Source: a virus. From it: a stretch of 64,000 nt of DNA. The notes under the pieces were generated by a model. It did not search any database, was not told the DNA's origin, and saw only the letters and a list, made by a program, of their open reading frames with translations. A program made the position numbers and the translations under genes. The DNA is taken from positions 32,001 through 96,000 of the IMG/VR virus record IMGVR_UViG_3300010373_000002; one strand, given 5' to 3'. Of the stretch, positions 36,921 to 45,394 are shown in pieces; positions within the stretch are counted from its first letter, which is position 1; each line of letters opens with the position of its first letter.

Positions 36921-37628
36921 ATGGCTTTGCACGCTTCCGCAGGAATCAAACGGCTATTCACCGATCCGGTTCCGGTTTCGATCGGCGGTTCCGTGTATTT
37001 GGCTTCCGAGTTGACTCTCCGCGACATGGCGAGAATCGAACGCGATTGGGCCGATTCGTTCGCCGATCCGACTCTCGATATTCCCGCCGAGGACGAAGAC
37101 CCGGAGCCGAACACTCGGAAGCGGCGGTTGCGTGCGGCCCTCGTTGTTTGCCGCGACAAGATGCCGCGTTGGGACAACGATACCGGAAGGACGATGCTGG
37201 CGACGGCCGAGGGGATCGCGACTCTCCTGCGTTACTCGATCGGCGGAAACCATGACGAACTCACTTTGGAAGACTTCGACGTAATGGCGTCCGAGATCAC
37301 CGCGACCGAGTTTGCTCGCTTCGAGAAAGCCGCGTTCAACTCCGACCCGATGGACGAGATCGTCGAAGCCGCCGACCCCAAGCAATCGACCGAAGATAGC
37401 GAGCCGACCAACTGGGAAGAAATCCTCTCCGCGCTGGTTAAACAGTACGGCTTCAAACCTAAAGAAGTCGGCGATCTGACCATCTCCGAACTGACGATGA
37501 TCCTAGGCGACGGCAAACCAAACCATCGGCCCGTATTCACGGATATGGCCTCTTTGCTCGCTTACCACGAAGAACAAAAACGAATCTGGTTCGACGACGA
37601 AGAGTTAAAAGCGAAAGAGATTCAATAA
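36921..37628 (+). CDS. putative tail assembly chaperone (G- and T-like parts in one frame)
   Basis: V.IGG..Y....LTLRD....E N-terminus; W..I...L...YGF.P.EV.DLT..E C-terminus. Confidence 0.55.
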   Translation: MALHASAGIKRLFTDPVPVSIGGSVYLASELTLRDMARIERDWADSFADPTLDIPAEDEDPEPNTRKRRLRAALVVCRDKMPRWDNDTGRTMLATAEGIATLLRYSIGGNHDELTLEDFDVMASEITATEFARFEKAAFNSDPMDEIVEAADPKQSTEDSEPTNWEEILSALVKQYGFKPKEVGDLTISELTMILGDGKPNHRPVFTDMASLLAYHEEQKRIWFDDEELKAKEIQ

Positions 37629-38518
37629 TGGCAAGCGGCAATATTCAAGTCGGCTCGACTGTTTGCTCCTTTTTCTACGGCGATCCTGAGGCGAGAGATA
37701 CCGTCGTCGAGCGTGTGACCGAGTACGGGCCGGAAGCCGTCGTGAAATTCCAATGCCCTTACGCCTCTCGATTGCAAGTCGCTCAGACCTTGATGGGTAC
37801 GGTCGTTTGGACCGGCAGTCAAGTCGTTCGCTTGAATCCGTTCCAATACCCGCCGCTCCCTTACCTTTATTGCTTGGAAATCGCCTCGATCGTCGGCTTG
37901 AATCCGATCGTTGACCACACGGGTTGGCAGAGTTACAAGAGCGCCGTCATCACGGCCGTATTCCGCAGGCCGCTCTATCCTTTCATTAACGCCAGCCCAG
38001 CCACGACTCAAGCGGACCCCTCCGGTCAGCCCTACACCGTGACGCGGTTCTCTTCGACCGTGGATATGGTTCCGGCGGTCAGCGGTTCTTTTAGGTGGGC
38101 GAGCGGCAGCACTACCGGGGCGAACGCGATAGTACCCGACAACATTATTACCCAACTGCAATCTCAAACCCAAATAACAATGACAAGGTATATGATGCCA
38201 TATATACCTTTGAATTATTTTGAGCAATTCAAGTGGAACGTCAATCTCAATCCGATCGCCTTCTCCGATCACACTTACCCCAAGGGAACCGTTTTGTTTT
38301 GGAATATCGAGTCGGAACCGACCGCCGACTCCGCCGGTAATTATTCCCAAAACGTGACCTATGTCATGCTAGCAAAAGCACATGACTGGAATATGTTTCC
38401 GAACCCTAAAGATACGGCGAACCCCGGCGCTCTCGACTTTGCCACAAGTACCGGATCGTTAAGCGGAAGTCCCGTCTATCCGTATCCATATTCAGACTTC
38501 TTCACTAACTTGCCCTGA
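37628..38518 (+). CDS. putative tail-tip hub/distal tail protein
   Basis: VNLNPI..YPKGTVLF..V.Y.M...DWN..VYPY..F..L; synteny. Confidence 0.6.
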   Translation: MASGNIQVGSTVCSFFYGDPEARDTVVERVTEYGPEAVVKFQCPYASRLQVAQTLMGTVVWTGSQVVRLNPFQYPPLPYLYCLEIASIVGLNPIVDHTGWQSYKSAVITAVFRRPLYPFINASPATTQADPSGQPYTVTRFSSTVDMVPAVSGSFRWASGSTTGANAIVPDNIITQLQSQTQITMTRYMMPYIPLNYFEQFKWNVNLNPIAFSDHTYPKGTVLFWNIESEPTADSAGNYSQNVTYVMLAKAHDWNMFPNPKDTANPGALDFATSTGSLSGSPVYPYPYSDFFTNLP

Positions 38519-38530
38519 TTTGGTGGTCCC

Positions 38531-38929
38531 ATGCCTCGCAACGGTCTTCCGCCATCGAAACAGAAACCGGGCAAGGCGATCACCGCCTCAAGGATTAACG
38601 AATCCTCAATGGGCGTCTCCGCGCTCAATAGGATTCGCGGCGGCAACGGCGTCAACGTTCAGAATTTCGGCGGTATGCCGCTGATTACGGGGATGCCGTT
38701 CGAGGCTCTTGCCTTGGCTCAAGCCGGGGCAAGCGGCATTCTTGCAAGATCAGGCTCGACACCGAATAGCGGCGCTGTTACACTGTTATCATTGAGTGGC
38801 GGAGTTCTAGTCAACGGAAGCGCCGATATTGCGTGGAATATATCGAGCCAAGCCGTCTCGGCGAACGCTTATATCATTCTCGGAAAGATCGACGGCAACT
38901 GGTGGGTTCTGGTGGAGTCGTGTACCTAA
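38531..38929 (+). CDS. tail-tip associated protein
   Basis: KPGKAITASRIN N-term; C-term IDGNWWVLVESC. Confidence 0.7.
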   Translation: MPRNGLPPSKQKPGKAITASRINESSMGVSALNRIRGGNGVNVQNFGGMPLITGMPFEALALAQAGASGILARSGSTPNSGAVTLLSLSGGVLVNGSADIAWNISSQAVSANAYIILGKIDGNWWVLVESCT

Positions 38930-39162
38930 CAGGGGAGTTCGATGCGCAACTTCATTGCGAAGATCGGGCCGAATCAATCAAGGCGAACAAGAAGTCCGGC
39001 GAAGTGAACGCTTTCGCCTATGAGATCATGAGCGACACGCTCGTTCAAACCAAACCGATCGAAATCACAAACGATTGCCGGAATCACGATATCGCGGCAA
39101 ACTCTTTCGTTCTTGTCTCCGAAATCGCCGGTCAACTTATCGTAGTCGTGGAGGCGCTTTGA
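38920..39162 (+). CDS. paralogue of the C-terminal domain of 38531..38929
   Basis: GTG 38920 after GGAG; SGEV..IAANSFVLVSEIAGQLIVVVEA vs SGAV..VSANAYIILGKIDGNWWVLVES. Confidence 0.6.
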   Translation: MYLTGEFDAQLHCEDRAESIKANKKSGEVNAFAYEIMSDTLVQTKPIEITNDCRNHDIAANSFVLVSEIAGQLIVVVEAL

Positions 39163-39602
39163 GCACGGCACGCGGAACATGGAAAGCCGTCGAGCGGAGG
39201 GTGGCGACCTTCTTCAAGACGAAGCGGGCCTACGGCTCGGGCAGCGGCGGCAGGCCCGACATCAGCAAGTCGGACACGACGCACCCGACCCTCTACATCG
39301 AAGCCAAACTCCGCGAGACTCATGCCGCCAGGACGCTCCACGACGACGTTCGCGAGAAGGCCAAGAAAGAGGGCAAGACTCCCGTCTTGGTCATGGCCGA
39401 CAAGTCTCGCCCCGGCTTCCTCGTCTGCGTCCATTGCGACGACTTGGCCGAGTTCATGCGGATCATGAACGAACAAGGCTTCATCGAAGACGACGATAAC
39501 GAAGCGACCGCGAGAGCCGAGCGGATCACGCCGAGTAGAGAGAGAATCAGGGAACTCGCCAAAAGGTTTGCCGCGTTGCCTCCCAGGGAAGACTTGGACT
39601 GA
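39159..39602 (+). CDS. PD-(D/E)xK Holliday-junction-resolvase-like nuclease
   Basis: WKAVERRVA..GSG..SD..LYIEAK..GKTPVLV; TTGA overlap with upstream gene. Confidence 0.75.
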   Translation: MSTARGTWKAVERRVATFFKTKRAYGSGSGGRPDISKSDTTHPTLYIEAKLRETHAARTLHDDVREKAKKEGKTPVLVMADKSRPGFLVCVHCDDLAEFMRIMNEQGFIEDDDNEATARAERITPSRERIRELAKRFAALPPREDLD

Positions 39603-39683
39603 CTCTGTCGATCATCGGCGACACATAAAATAGTTTGTCGATCATATTTCGCGTTTCATGACACACAAAACAAAGACTTACTA

Positions 39684-39935
39684 ATGAAAACTGCCTTCGC
39701 TTGGACCAAAAACAATCGGATCATTATCGTTCCATTGAATCGCGTCGATCCGAGACCCGCGTATCCCTTCGCTTCGTGGATTCCGACCTTGATGTCCAAT
39801 CGAATCGCCGATCAAATGGAAACCGAATTCGAGGTTCGGGTTTACGAGGACGACAACCCCAAACCCTCGGTCCAGACTTTGTTCGTCATGGATCACGACA
39901 ATCAGCGTCATTCGATCGCCATCTTTTCACATTAA
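39684..39935 (+). CDS. hypothetical protein
   Basis: 83-aa ORF. Confidence 0.55.
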   Translation: MKTAFAWTKNNRIIIVPLNRVDPRPAYPFASWIPTLMSNRIADQMETEFEVRVYEDDNPKPSVQTLFVMDHDNQRHSIAIFSH

Positions 39936-39939
39936 ACGA

Positions 39940-40138
39940 TAGACTCTCGTCTTCGGACGGGTTTAAGCCCTCTCTCTGGAGACTGTTTCCCTTGGGAATA
40001 GTATTTCCAAGCAACAGCAGCGGGTAGACCGGACCCACGTAACAGTGGGAACGCCTCGGAGCCGGAAACAATCTTTGGGACGAACAAGGATCGTAAATAG
40101 CCGCCGGTCGGGTTGCCAGAGAAGAACCATGGGTTCTT
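39940..40138 (+). ncRNA. candidate structured non-coding RNA
   Basis: cUUCGg hairpin plus nested long-range helices (39973-79/40116-22; 40027-32/40104-09), ending at a terminator. Confidence 0.5.
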
Positions 40139-40140
40139 GG

Positions 40141-40173
40141 GGGACGCTTCGACGAGGGGCGTCCCTTTCTTTT
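40141..40173 (+). terminator. rho-independent terminator
   Basis: GGGACGC-loop-GCGTCCC-TTTCTTTT. Confidence 0.8.
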
Positions 40174-40211
40174 CTCGCCCTTTGGATCGTTGCCTGCGCC
40201 GAGGGCGAGAC

Positions 40212-41894
40212 ATGCAGTTTAAGCCGATTCAGCGCAAATCCACGTTCGCGCCTGGGAATCTTTCCGGGTCCGCAGGCTCATCGACTACGAACAACGGGCC
40301 GTCGAAACTCTTCACGCCGACGAAGCGGAAGAGTCCGTCTACCCCAGGTATGTCCGCAGGCGGTTCCTCGGGAGGCGGAGGGGGAGGCGGCGGCGGGACG
40401 GGATGGAAGAAGAACTCGCCCGGTTGCCCTTGCTGTAGCTCCGTGGGCACGTTCACGCTGACCGTGACGGTCGAAGGTTGCGACAACACTTTGCCGGAAC
40501 TTCTCCTCTCGGGCGTCACCGTCACGCTTCTCCTGGGCGGATCGACGATCGGCACTTGCACGACTTCCTCGCTCGGTCAGTGCGTCTTCACGGCACTTTC
40601 CAGCGGCACGTACACCGTCCAAGTGACGGGATTGCCGACCGGATACGCCTCATTCACTTCGGCGAGCGTTTCGGTGACGGCGAACACGAATTACACCGCT
40701 CAATGCACTCCCGATTCCACCCATATTTGTTGCGGAGTCTGTCCGGGACTACCGATCCCCAAGACGCTCACCTTCAACGATTCGATCGGCGATCTCACCG
40801 CGACATGGCAATCGTCTCTCTTGGGCGGCGGCGTCATGTGTTGGGCGGGAACTCAGAACTACACGATATCGACTTGCACTTATGATTCTACTTGCACGAC
40901 TTTTTCCGCGCCGAGTTCTCAAACGATACCGATTCATTATGAATTGTACTGCCATCACGACGTCGTATCCGGTCTCTATTCGTTTCAGATGGATGCCGGC
41001 TTCTGGCCGACTTGCCCATCGCTCGGGTGTTATGTTCCCGGCGGCGGCGGGTCAAGCGCCTTGTTTATCCAAGGCCCCTTCTCGCCCGCGAGCGTTTCCT
41101 GTTCTCCTTTCTGCGCCCAGGGGTTCACCGTCAATCCTTTGGGACCGCTCTACACGGTTTCCGTTCGCGACCCGGCGGTCTCTTTTTCGAGTTGCAACAA
41201 CCCCGCTCAGTTGACGGTAAACGTCCAGGGTTGCAACGCCTTGAACTTGTCGGGAGCGACCGTCACGGCATCGCTGACCGGACAGCCGAACGTCGTCGGC
41301 ACAACGGACGGCGGCGGCAATGCCACGCTCTTGTTGCCCGCCACCGGCACTTGGACGATCACGACGACATCTTCTCGATTCGGGACGGACACTTCCTCGA
41401 AGACGGTCACTGGAAACGGTCAGATTTTAACCCTGGCCGTCGTACTGACTCCCACATCCAGTTATGTCTGCGTTTCCGGGTGCGCTCAACCTCTGTCGAA
41501 GACGCTGAAACTCACCGATCCCAACAACACGATTACGCCGCTGACGCTGACCTATGACGCCGTTTCTACGACTTGGATCGGTTGCTACGTCAAGTCGGCG
41601 GTCGTTTGCCAGCAGAACGTCGGTCTTGGTTGCAATGGAGCTATCGGCGGTTGCGCGGTCGCTTACTCGTACAATACCGCCGGATTCCTCACCGCCTACT
41701 ATAATGCTTGCGACGGGGCCGGAGTGCCCACGCCGACGAATTGTCCTCGCGGAGCGGGATTCACGAACGAGTTCACCGGCTTTCCGTCGAGCGTGACCAG
41801 CCATTGCCCGACCGCATTCGCCTACTCGGCCCACTTGGAACTGCCTTCGACTACCGGAATCTTAGTGAACGGGACCGTCTCGATCTCCGAATAA
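40212..41894 (+). CDS. Cys-rich tail fibre/receptor-binding protein with two carboxypeptidase-regulatory-like beta-sandwich repeats
   Basis: KNSPGCPCC; two copies of LTV.V.GC..LSG.TVT..TT...G....GT.T each followed by C..C..P..KTL. Confidence 0.7.
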   Translation: MQFKPIQRKSTFAPGNLSGSAGSSTTNNGPSKLFTPTKRKSPSTPGMSAGGSSGGGGGGGGGTGWKKNSPGCPCCSSVGTFTLTVTVEGCDNTLPELLLSGVTVTLLLGGSTIGTCTTSSLGQCVFTALSSGTYTVQVTGLPTGYASFTSASVSVTANTNYTAQCTPDSTHICCGVCPGLPIPKTLTFNDSIGDLTATWQSSLLGGGVMCWAGTQNYTISTCTYDSTCTTFSAPSSQTIPIHYELYCHHDVVSGLYSFQMDAGFWPTCPSLGCYVPGGGGSSALFIQGPFSPASVSCSPFCAQGFTVNPLGPLYTVSVRDPAVSFSSCNNPAQLTVNVQGCNALNLSGATVTASLTGQPNVVGTTDGGGNATLLLPATGTWTITTTSSRFGTDTSSKTVTGNGQILTLAVVLTPTSSYVCVSGCAQPLSKTLKLTDPNNTITPLTLTYDAVSTTWIGCYVKSAVVCQQNVGLGCNGAIGGCAVAYSYNTAGFLTAYYNACDGAGVPTPTNCPRGAGFTNEFTGFPSSVTSHCPTAFAYSAHLELPSTTGILVNGTVSISE

Positions 41895-41909
41895 GGAGTT
41901 TCCTCTTAA

Positions 41910-42317
41910 ATGTCGTTTGTTGATAAGTGCCCCGCGTGTCCGCTGCGCCAATCGACCTTGGCGTGTCCAGCAGTCACGACGGGGCATTTTCGTTTTTGCG
42001 AATTAGTGGCGGAAGGTCGAACCGACTATATTGACTATCTCCTAGAAGAAGCCGGAGTAAAGCCGACTATCATTCCGATAAAACCGCCGTGCGATCCCTC
42101 GGAAGACAAGAGATTGGCGGCGAGAGCACTCATGGAACTCTCCCGAGAAGCCAGGTCTTGCCCGCACCGCGAGGCTTGCGGTTGCGTCTACGCCTACTGT
42201 TTGCCCGGCGGTTTCAGGCCGGGAGAGAAGGTTTCGCTCCAAGATTGCGTTGAATGTATAAAAAATAACAAATACGATACGGCGGAAAAAGAAAAATCTC
42301 AAACAGCGCTTGACTAG
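41910..42317 (+). CDS. small Cys-rich protein
   Basis: AAGGAG RBS; CPAC..C..RFC; CPHR..CGC....C..DCVEC. Confidence 0.75.
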   Translation: MSFVDKCPACPLRQSTLACPAVTTGHFRFCELVAEGRTDYIDYLLEEAGVKPTIIPIKPPCDPSEDKRLAARALMELSREARSCPHREACGCVYAYCLPGGFRPGEKVSLQDCVECIKNNKYDTAEKEKSQTALD

Positions 42318-42390
42318 GCGTCCTCCGTCTGCTACTATGTGGGTATGGAATTTAGCCCACCGAAATGAAACAAACCTTTCGGAGCCGCCC

Positions 42391-43041
42391 ATGCCGCCCG
42401 CCGAACGAGTTCTCGTTACCGACTCCAGCCTAATCAACACCTTCGAAGGCTACTCGTCCGAGTACCAATCCTTCCTCAATCGCTTATCGACTCCTAAATG
42501 TCGATACGAGTTCATGGATCGAAAAGAAGCCGAAGGGGATGTCAAGCACAAACAAATCATCCCTTATATCGCCGCTTACAAGGATGGAAAAGTTTTCTGT
42601 TACCGCCGCAAAGGGAACGAGACTCGGCTCCACGGCCTCTGGTCTCTCGGCATCGGCGGCCACATCGCCACCCTGGACGCGGCGGGAATGCTCAACGATC
42701 TAGGCCGGATCATCCAAAAGGCGACGATCCGCGAGATGAACGAGGAAATCAAGATTATCACGCCGATGGGAAATTATTCCCAGCGGGTCAACTTCGCCAA
42801 TATCGGCATCATCAACGACAACTCGAATCACGTTGGACAAGTCCACGTCGGCGTCCTAGTGATGATGGAGATTTTGCTCGACAACGCCACGATCAAGCCT
42901 CGGGGCCGGGAGACGAGCGTCTACGAGATGATGCCGCTCGACAAGATCGCCAAGGAGATCGACGACTTCGAGAATTGGTCCAAGATCGCCTATCCGGCCG
43001 TTTCGGCGTACATCGCGACAAAAGAGAGAGTGTCCGCATGA
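42391..43041 (+). CDS. predicted NUDIX-family phosphoesterase (COG4112-like)
   Basis: R..AE.D..KQIIPY, E.RLHGLWSLGIGGHI, RE..EE, IND..N.VG.VH.G. Confidence 0.85.
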   Translation: MPPAERVLVTDSSLINTFEGYSSEYQSFLNRLSTPKCRYEFMDRKEAEGDVKHKQIIPYIAAYKDGKVFCYRRKGNETRLHGLWSLGIGGHIATLDAAGMLNDLGRIIQKATIREMNEEIKIITPMGNYSQRVNFANIGIINDNSNHVGQVHVGVLVMMEILLDNATIKPRGRETSVYEMMPLDKIAKEIDDFENWSKIAYPAVSAYIATKERVSA

Positions 43042-43238
43042 CTCCCGAGGACGTGAGACGACGGGTCGCCGAGATCAAGAAACCCAAAGTAAACGACGAC
43101 GAGACGAATCACGTCCTAGAGGACAGGCTTTGGGCCGACGTCCTCGAAGCGATATGGGCAGGCTCGCCGTGGCCCGAGGCTTTGGCAGAGGAAGCCTTGA
43201 AAACAAGGGAGATCAAATTCGATCGCTGGTACTCTTAG
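43038..43238 (+). CDS. small phage hypothetical protein
   Basis: ATGA overlap; DDE..H..ED.L..DVL.AI..ALKT..I.F.RWY. Confidence 0.75.
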   Translation: MTPEDVRRRVAEIKKPKVNDDETNHVLEDRLWADVLEAIWAGSPWPEALAEEALKTREIKFDRWYS

Positions 43239-43817
43239 TCACTCGGCGTAACCTGGATCGCCCATCGTGTAGTTGATGATCCTGCCGATAAATTTGTTCT
43301 TCCATTGCTTATCGTTCCACCAAAGAGACGACAAGACGGTGTGCCCAAGCCAAGAGTCTTCCGTCTTAGCCGACTGCGCTCCGTGAATCGCGAACGGACT
43401 GTCTTTTGTAGCGCCGACGATCAAGAGTTCGGCAACTCCTTTTTCGGCGTCGATGTTCTCGATTCTGAATATGCACCCGTAGTCCAACTCCGTCTCGTCG
43501 GACTCTTTCTTTTTGTATGGATTCTTGATCGGAAGCGGATTAGTCTTCTCCCAAACCAGCGCAAGGAAAGGGCCGGTTCCAATCGTGCGGACCAATCCAT
43601 CCAACCTCTGTCTCTGTTCCGGCGTCAGACGTTTTTGCGAGCCGAGCCAATCACGCTCCTGTTCCTCGGAACCGAAATATGGCGACTCGGCATCTGGTTT
43701 AGGCATTCCTTGTTTGGCGATTTCCGCCGGTTTCTTCGCCGACCTGGCGTACATGAGGGCGGCCACGCAAACGACCAGCACAAGGATTATGGCCGCCCGC
43801 ACTCTCGAACGTAACAT
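43239..43817 (-). CDS. membrane-anchored/exported hypothetical protein
   Basis: GAGGAG RBS; N-terminal TM AAIILVLVVCVAALMYA; convergent with late arm. Confidence 0.7.
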   Translation of the reverse strand: MLRSRVRAAIILVLVVCVAALMYARSAKKPAEIAKQGMPKPDAESPYFGSEEQERDWLGSQKRLTPEQRQRLDGLVRTIGTGPFLALVWEKTNPLPIKNPYKKKESDETELDYGCIFRIENIDAEKGVAELLIVGATKDSPFAIHGAQSAKTEDSWLGHTVLSSLWWNDKQWKNKFIGRIINYTMGDPGYAE

Positions 43818-44012
43818 ATCTTCTCCTCTGAAAATCAAACAATCCAAGAAAAACAGTTGACTTATGACACACGGTTAGCGAAGATGGAAGTTAGTAACCC
43901 CCCACGCAAGTCGCCAAAGATGGCGAGTTATTCGACGCATAATGCCTATTCTTCCCCACCACGCCTAAACTACAAATCGCCACGATGCGGCGATCAACCT
44001 AAGAAAGCAACG

Positions 44013-44252
44013 ATGCGACACAACACGAATGCTTGTCGGGGTTACGACGTCAAGGGCGACTTTCGCCTGCGCATCCCGGCATCGGCCAAGGAGACGGTCG
44101 TCTATGTGCGCAGGCTTCCCAACGGAGACCTGGATGCAGTCACGGAAGACGGAATCCGTTTCGAGAAGAAGCCGACAATTAAAGTCGATTTAGGACGACA
44201 TTTTGAGCGTCCGTCTCTGCGCTTGTTTGCCGGTATCGTCGATCTTAGCTAG
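44013..44252 (+). CDS. hypothetical protein (possible AbrB-like regulator)
   Basis: DVKGDFRLRIPA resembles swapped-hairpin start; weak. Confidence 0.4.
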   Translation: MRHNTNACRGYDVKGDFRLRIPASAKETVVYVRRLPNGDLDAVTEDGIRFEKKPTIKVDLGRHFERPSLRLFAGIVDLS

Positions 44253-44798
44253 CTCGAAAGAGCCGGAGTGACCCGGATTGTCGCCGATCGAGAGGTCGTA
44301 TCCGTTGGCTTTCTCAATGGATTCGACCATCTCTTTGATCTTGACTAACCGCATATGCGGCTTGTAGTCGAGAAAATCGTAGAGCGTCGCGGCAAGAAGC
44401 GTGGCCGAGGTCCAGTGGAAGTTAGTCTTGTCCAATCCGGCGTCCGCAAGAATCTCGTCCACGAAAGGCTTCACGGCCTTGCGCACGCGACGCAGGCCGG
44501 CCAAGCACTCTTCGACGCCGTTGGTGCGGACCTTCTTGAGTTCCCGGCCCTCGGCGATCTTCTGGTACAGCTTGGGGAAGCCTCCCTTGAGAATCTGGAA
44601 GATTTCCTCGGTGCGGCGTGAGATCAGGTCGAACGCGAGCGCATTGAGAACGCCCGTCTTGGCGAGAGGTTCGCCGAAGCACGACAACCCTTCAGTGGTT
44701 CGGAACGTGCTGATCATGTCCTCGAACCGCTTGAGCGTGGCCGGATCGAGGTTGACGAGCAAGGAATAGGCGGAACTCCAGGGCTTAGGCTTGCGCAT
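44190..44798 (-). CDS. hypothetical protein, candidate repressor
   Basis: 202-aa ORF divergent from replication operon; two strand-helix-helix-like segments. Confidence 0.65.
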   Translation of the reverse strand: MRKPKPWSSAYSLLVNLDPATLKRFEDMISTFRTTEGLSCFGEPLAKTGVLNALAFDLISRRTEEIFQILKGGFPKLYQKIAEGRELKKVRTNGVEECLAGLRRVRKAVKPFVDEILADAGLDKTNFHWTSATLLAATLYDFLDYKPHMRLVKIKEMVESIEKANGYDLSIGDNPGHSGSFELAKIDDTGKQAQRRTLKMSS

Positions 44799-44848
44799 GT
44801 TGGAAAGGCTTTCTGTTTGGCGGTGTTCGAAATTCTTTCAGTGTCCCC

Positions 44849-44877
44849 TTGACACTGGCTTTCGAATACCGTATGAT
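44849..44877 (+). promoter_or_regulatory. sigma70 promoter for replication operon, embedded in inverted repeat 44821-44871
   Basis: TTGACA-N17-TATGAT. Confidence 0.75.
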
Positions 44878-44936
44878 TGGTCGTGGGTGGAAGAGGAAAC
44901 AATATTCTTCCCAGATTACCCACTTCCTCAGACAGT

Positions 44937-44964
44937 ATTGTAGACCGTGACAACAATAAGTCAA
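44937..44964 (-). promoter_or_regulatory. leftward sigma70 promoter facing the 44849 promoter
   Basis: TTGACT-N16-TACAAT on minus strand. Confidence 0.6.
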
Positions 44965-45007
44965 TATGGTGGTTGTCTTTTTTTCTCAAAATGGTTGAGG
45001 TAGGTAA

Positions 45008-45394
45008 TTGAAAGACATAAAAAAATACAGCGGCCCCGTCCTCTCCAAGATGGTACGCGACGGAATCGCCGCTAACAGCGATCTCGCCAAGATCGGCCGG
45101 CTTCCCGACAGCGAACGTTATAGCCGCCCGAACTTGGATCGTCAAGAGACCTTGAAGGCTATTCGTGAAAAATCCCTTACCTTTATTTGGGACTTTTTCG
45201 AGGAAAACCCCGAAACCGACGTCGTGAACACGGAATACGGAACCGCGATCCGCATGATGAACGACTCCGGCGAAATGACCATTCAGATCGTGCCTCCTCG
45301 TGGAGTCATGGATGTAATGGACAGGCTTTCAGATGATCCGCGTGAGTTGCTTCCAGCACCTATTAAACACCGCCTGCAAAGGGGATGCCGTTGA
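45008..45394 (+). CDS. hypothetical protein
   Basis: GAGGT RBS, TTG start; first gene of replication arm. Confidence 0.65.
   Translation: MKDIKKYSGPVLSKMVRDGIAANSDLAKIGRLPDSERYSRPNLDRQETLKAIREKSLTFIWDFFEENPETDVVNTEYGTAIRMMNDSGEMTIQIVPPRGVMDVMDRLSDDPRELLPAPIKHRLQRGCR

Noticed and set aside
33163-38518. Contractile tail, tailocin or GTA
   Set aside because: No sheath or baseplate wedge genes; full head, packaging and replication modules indicate an ordinary non-contractile phage
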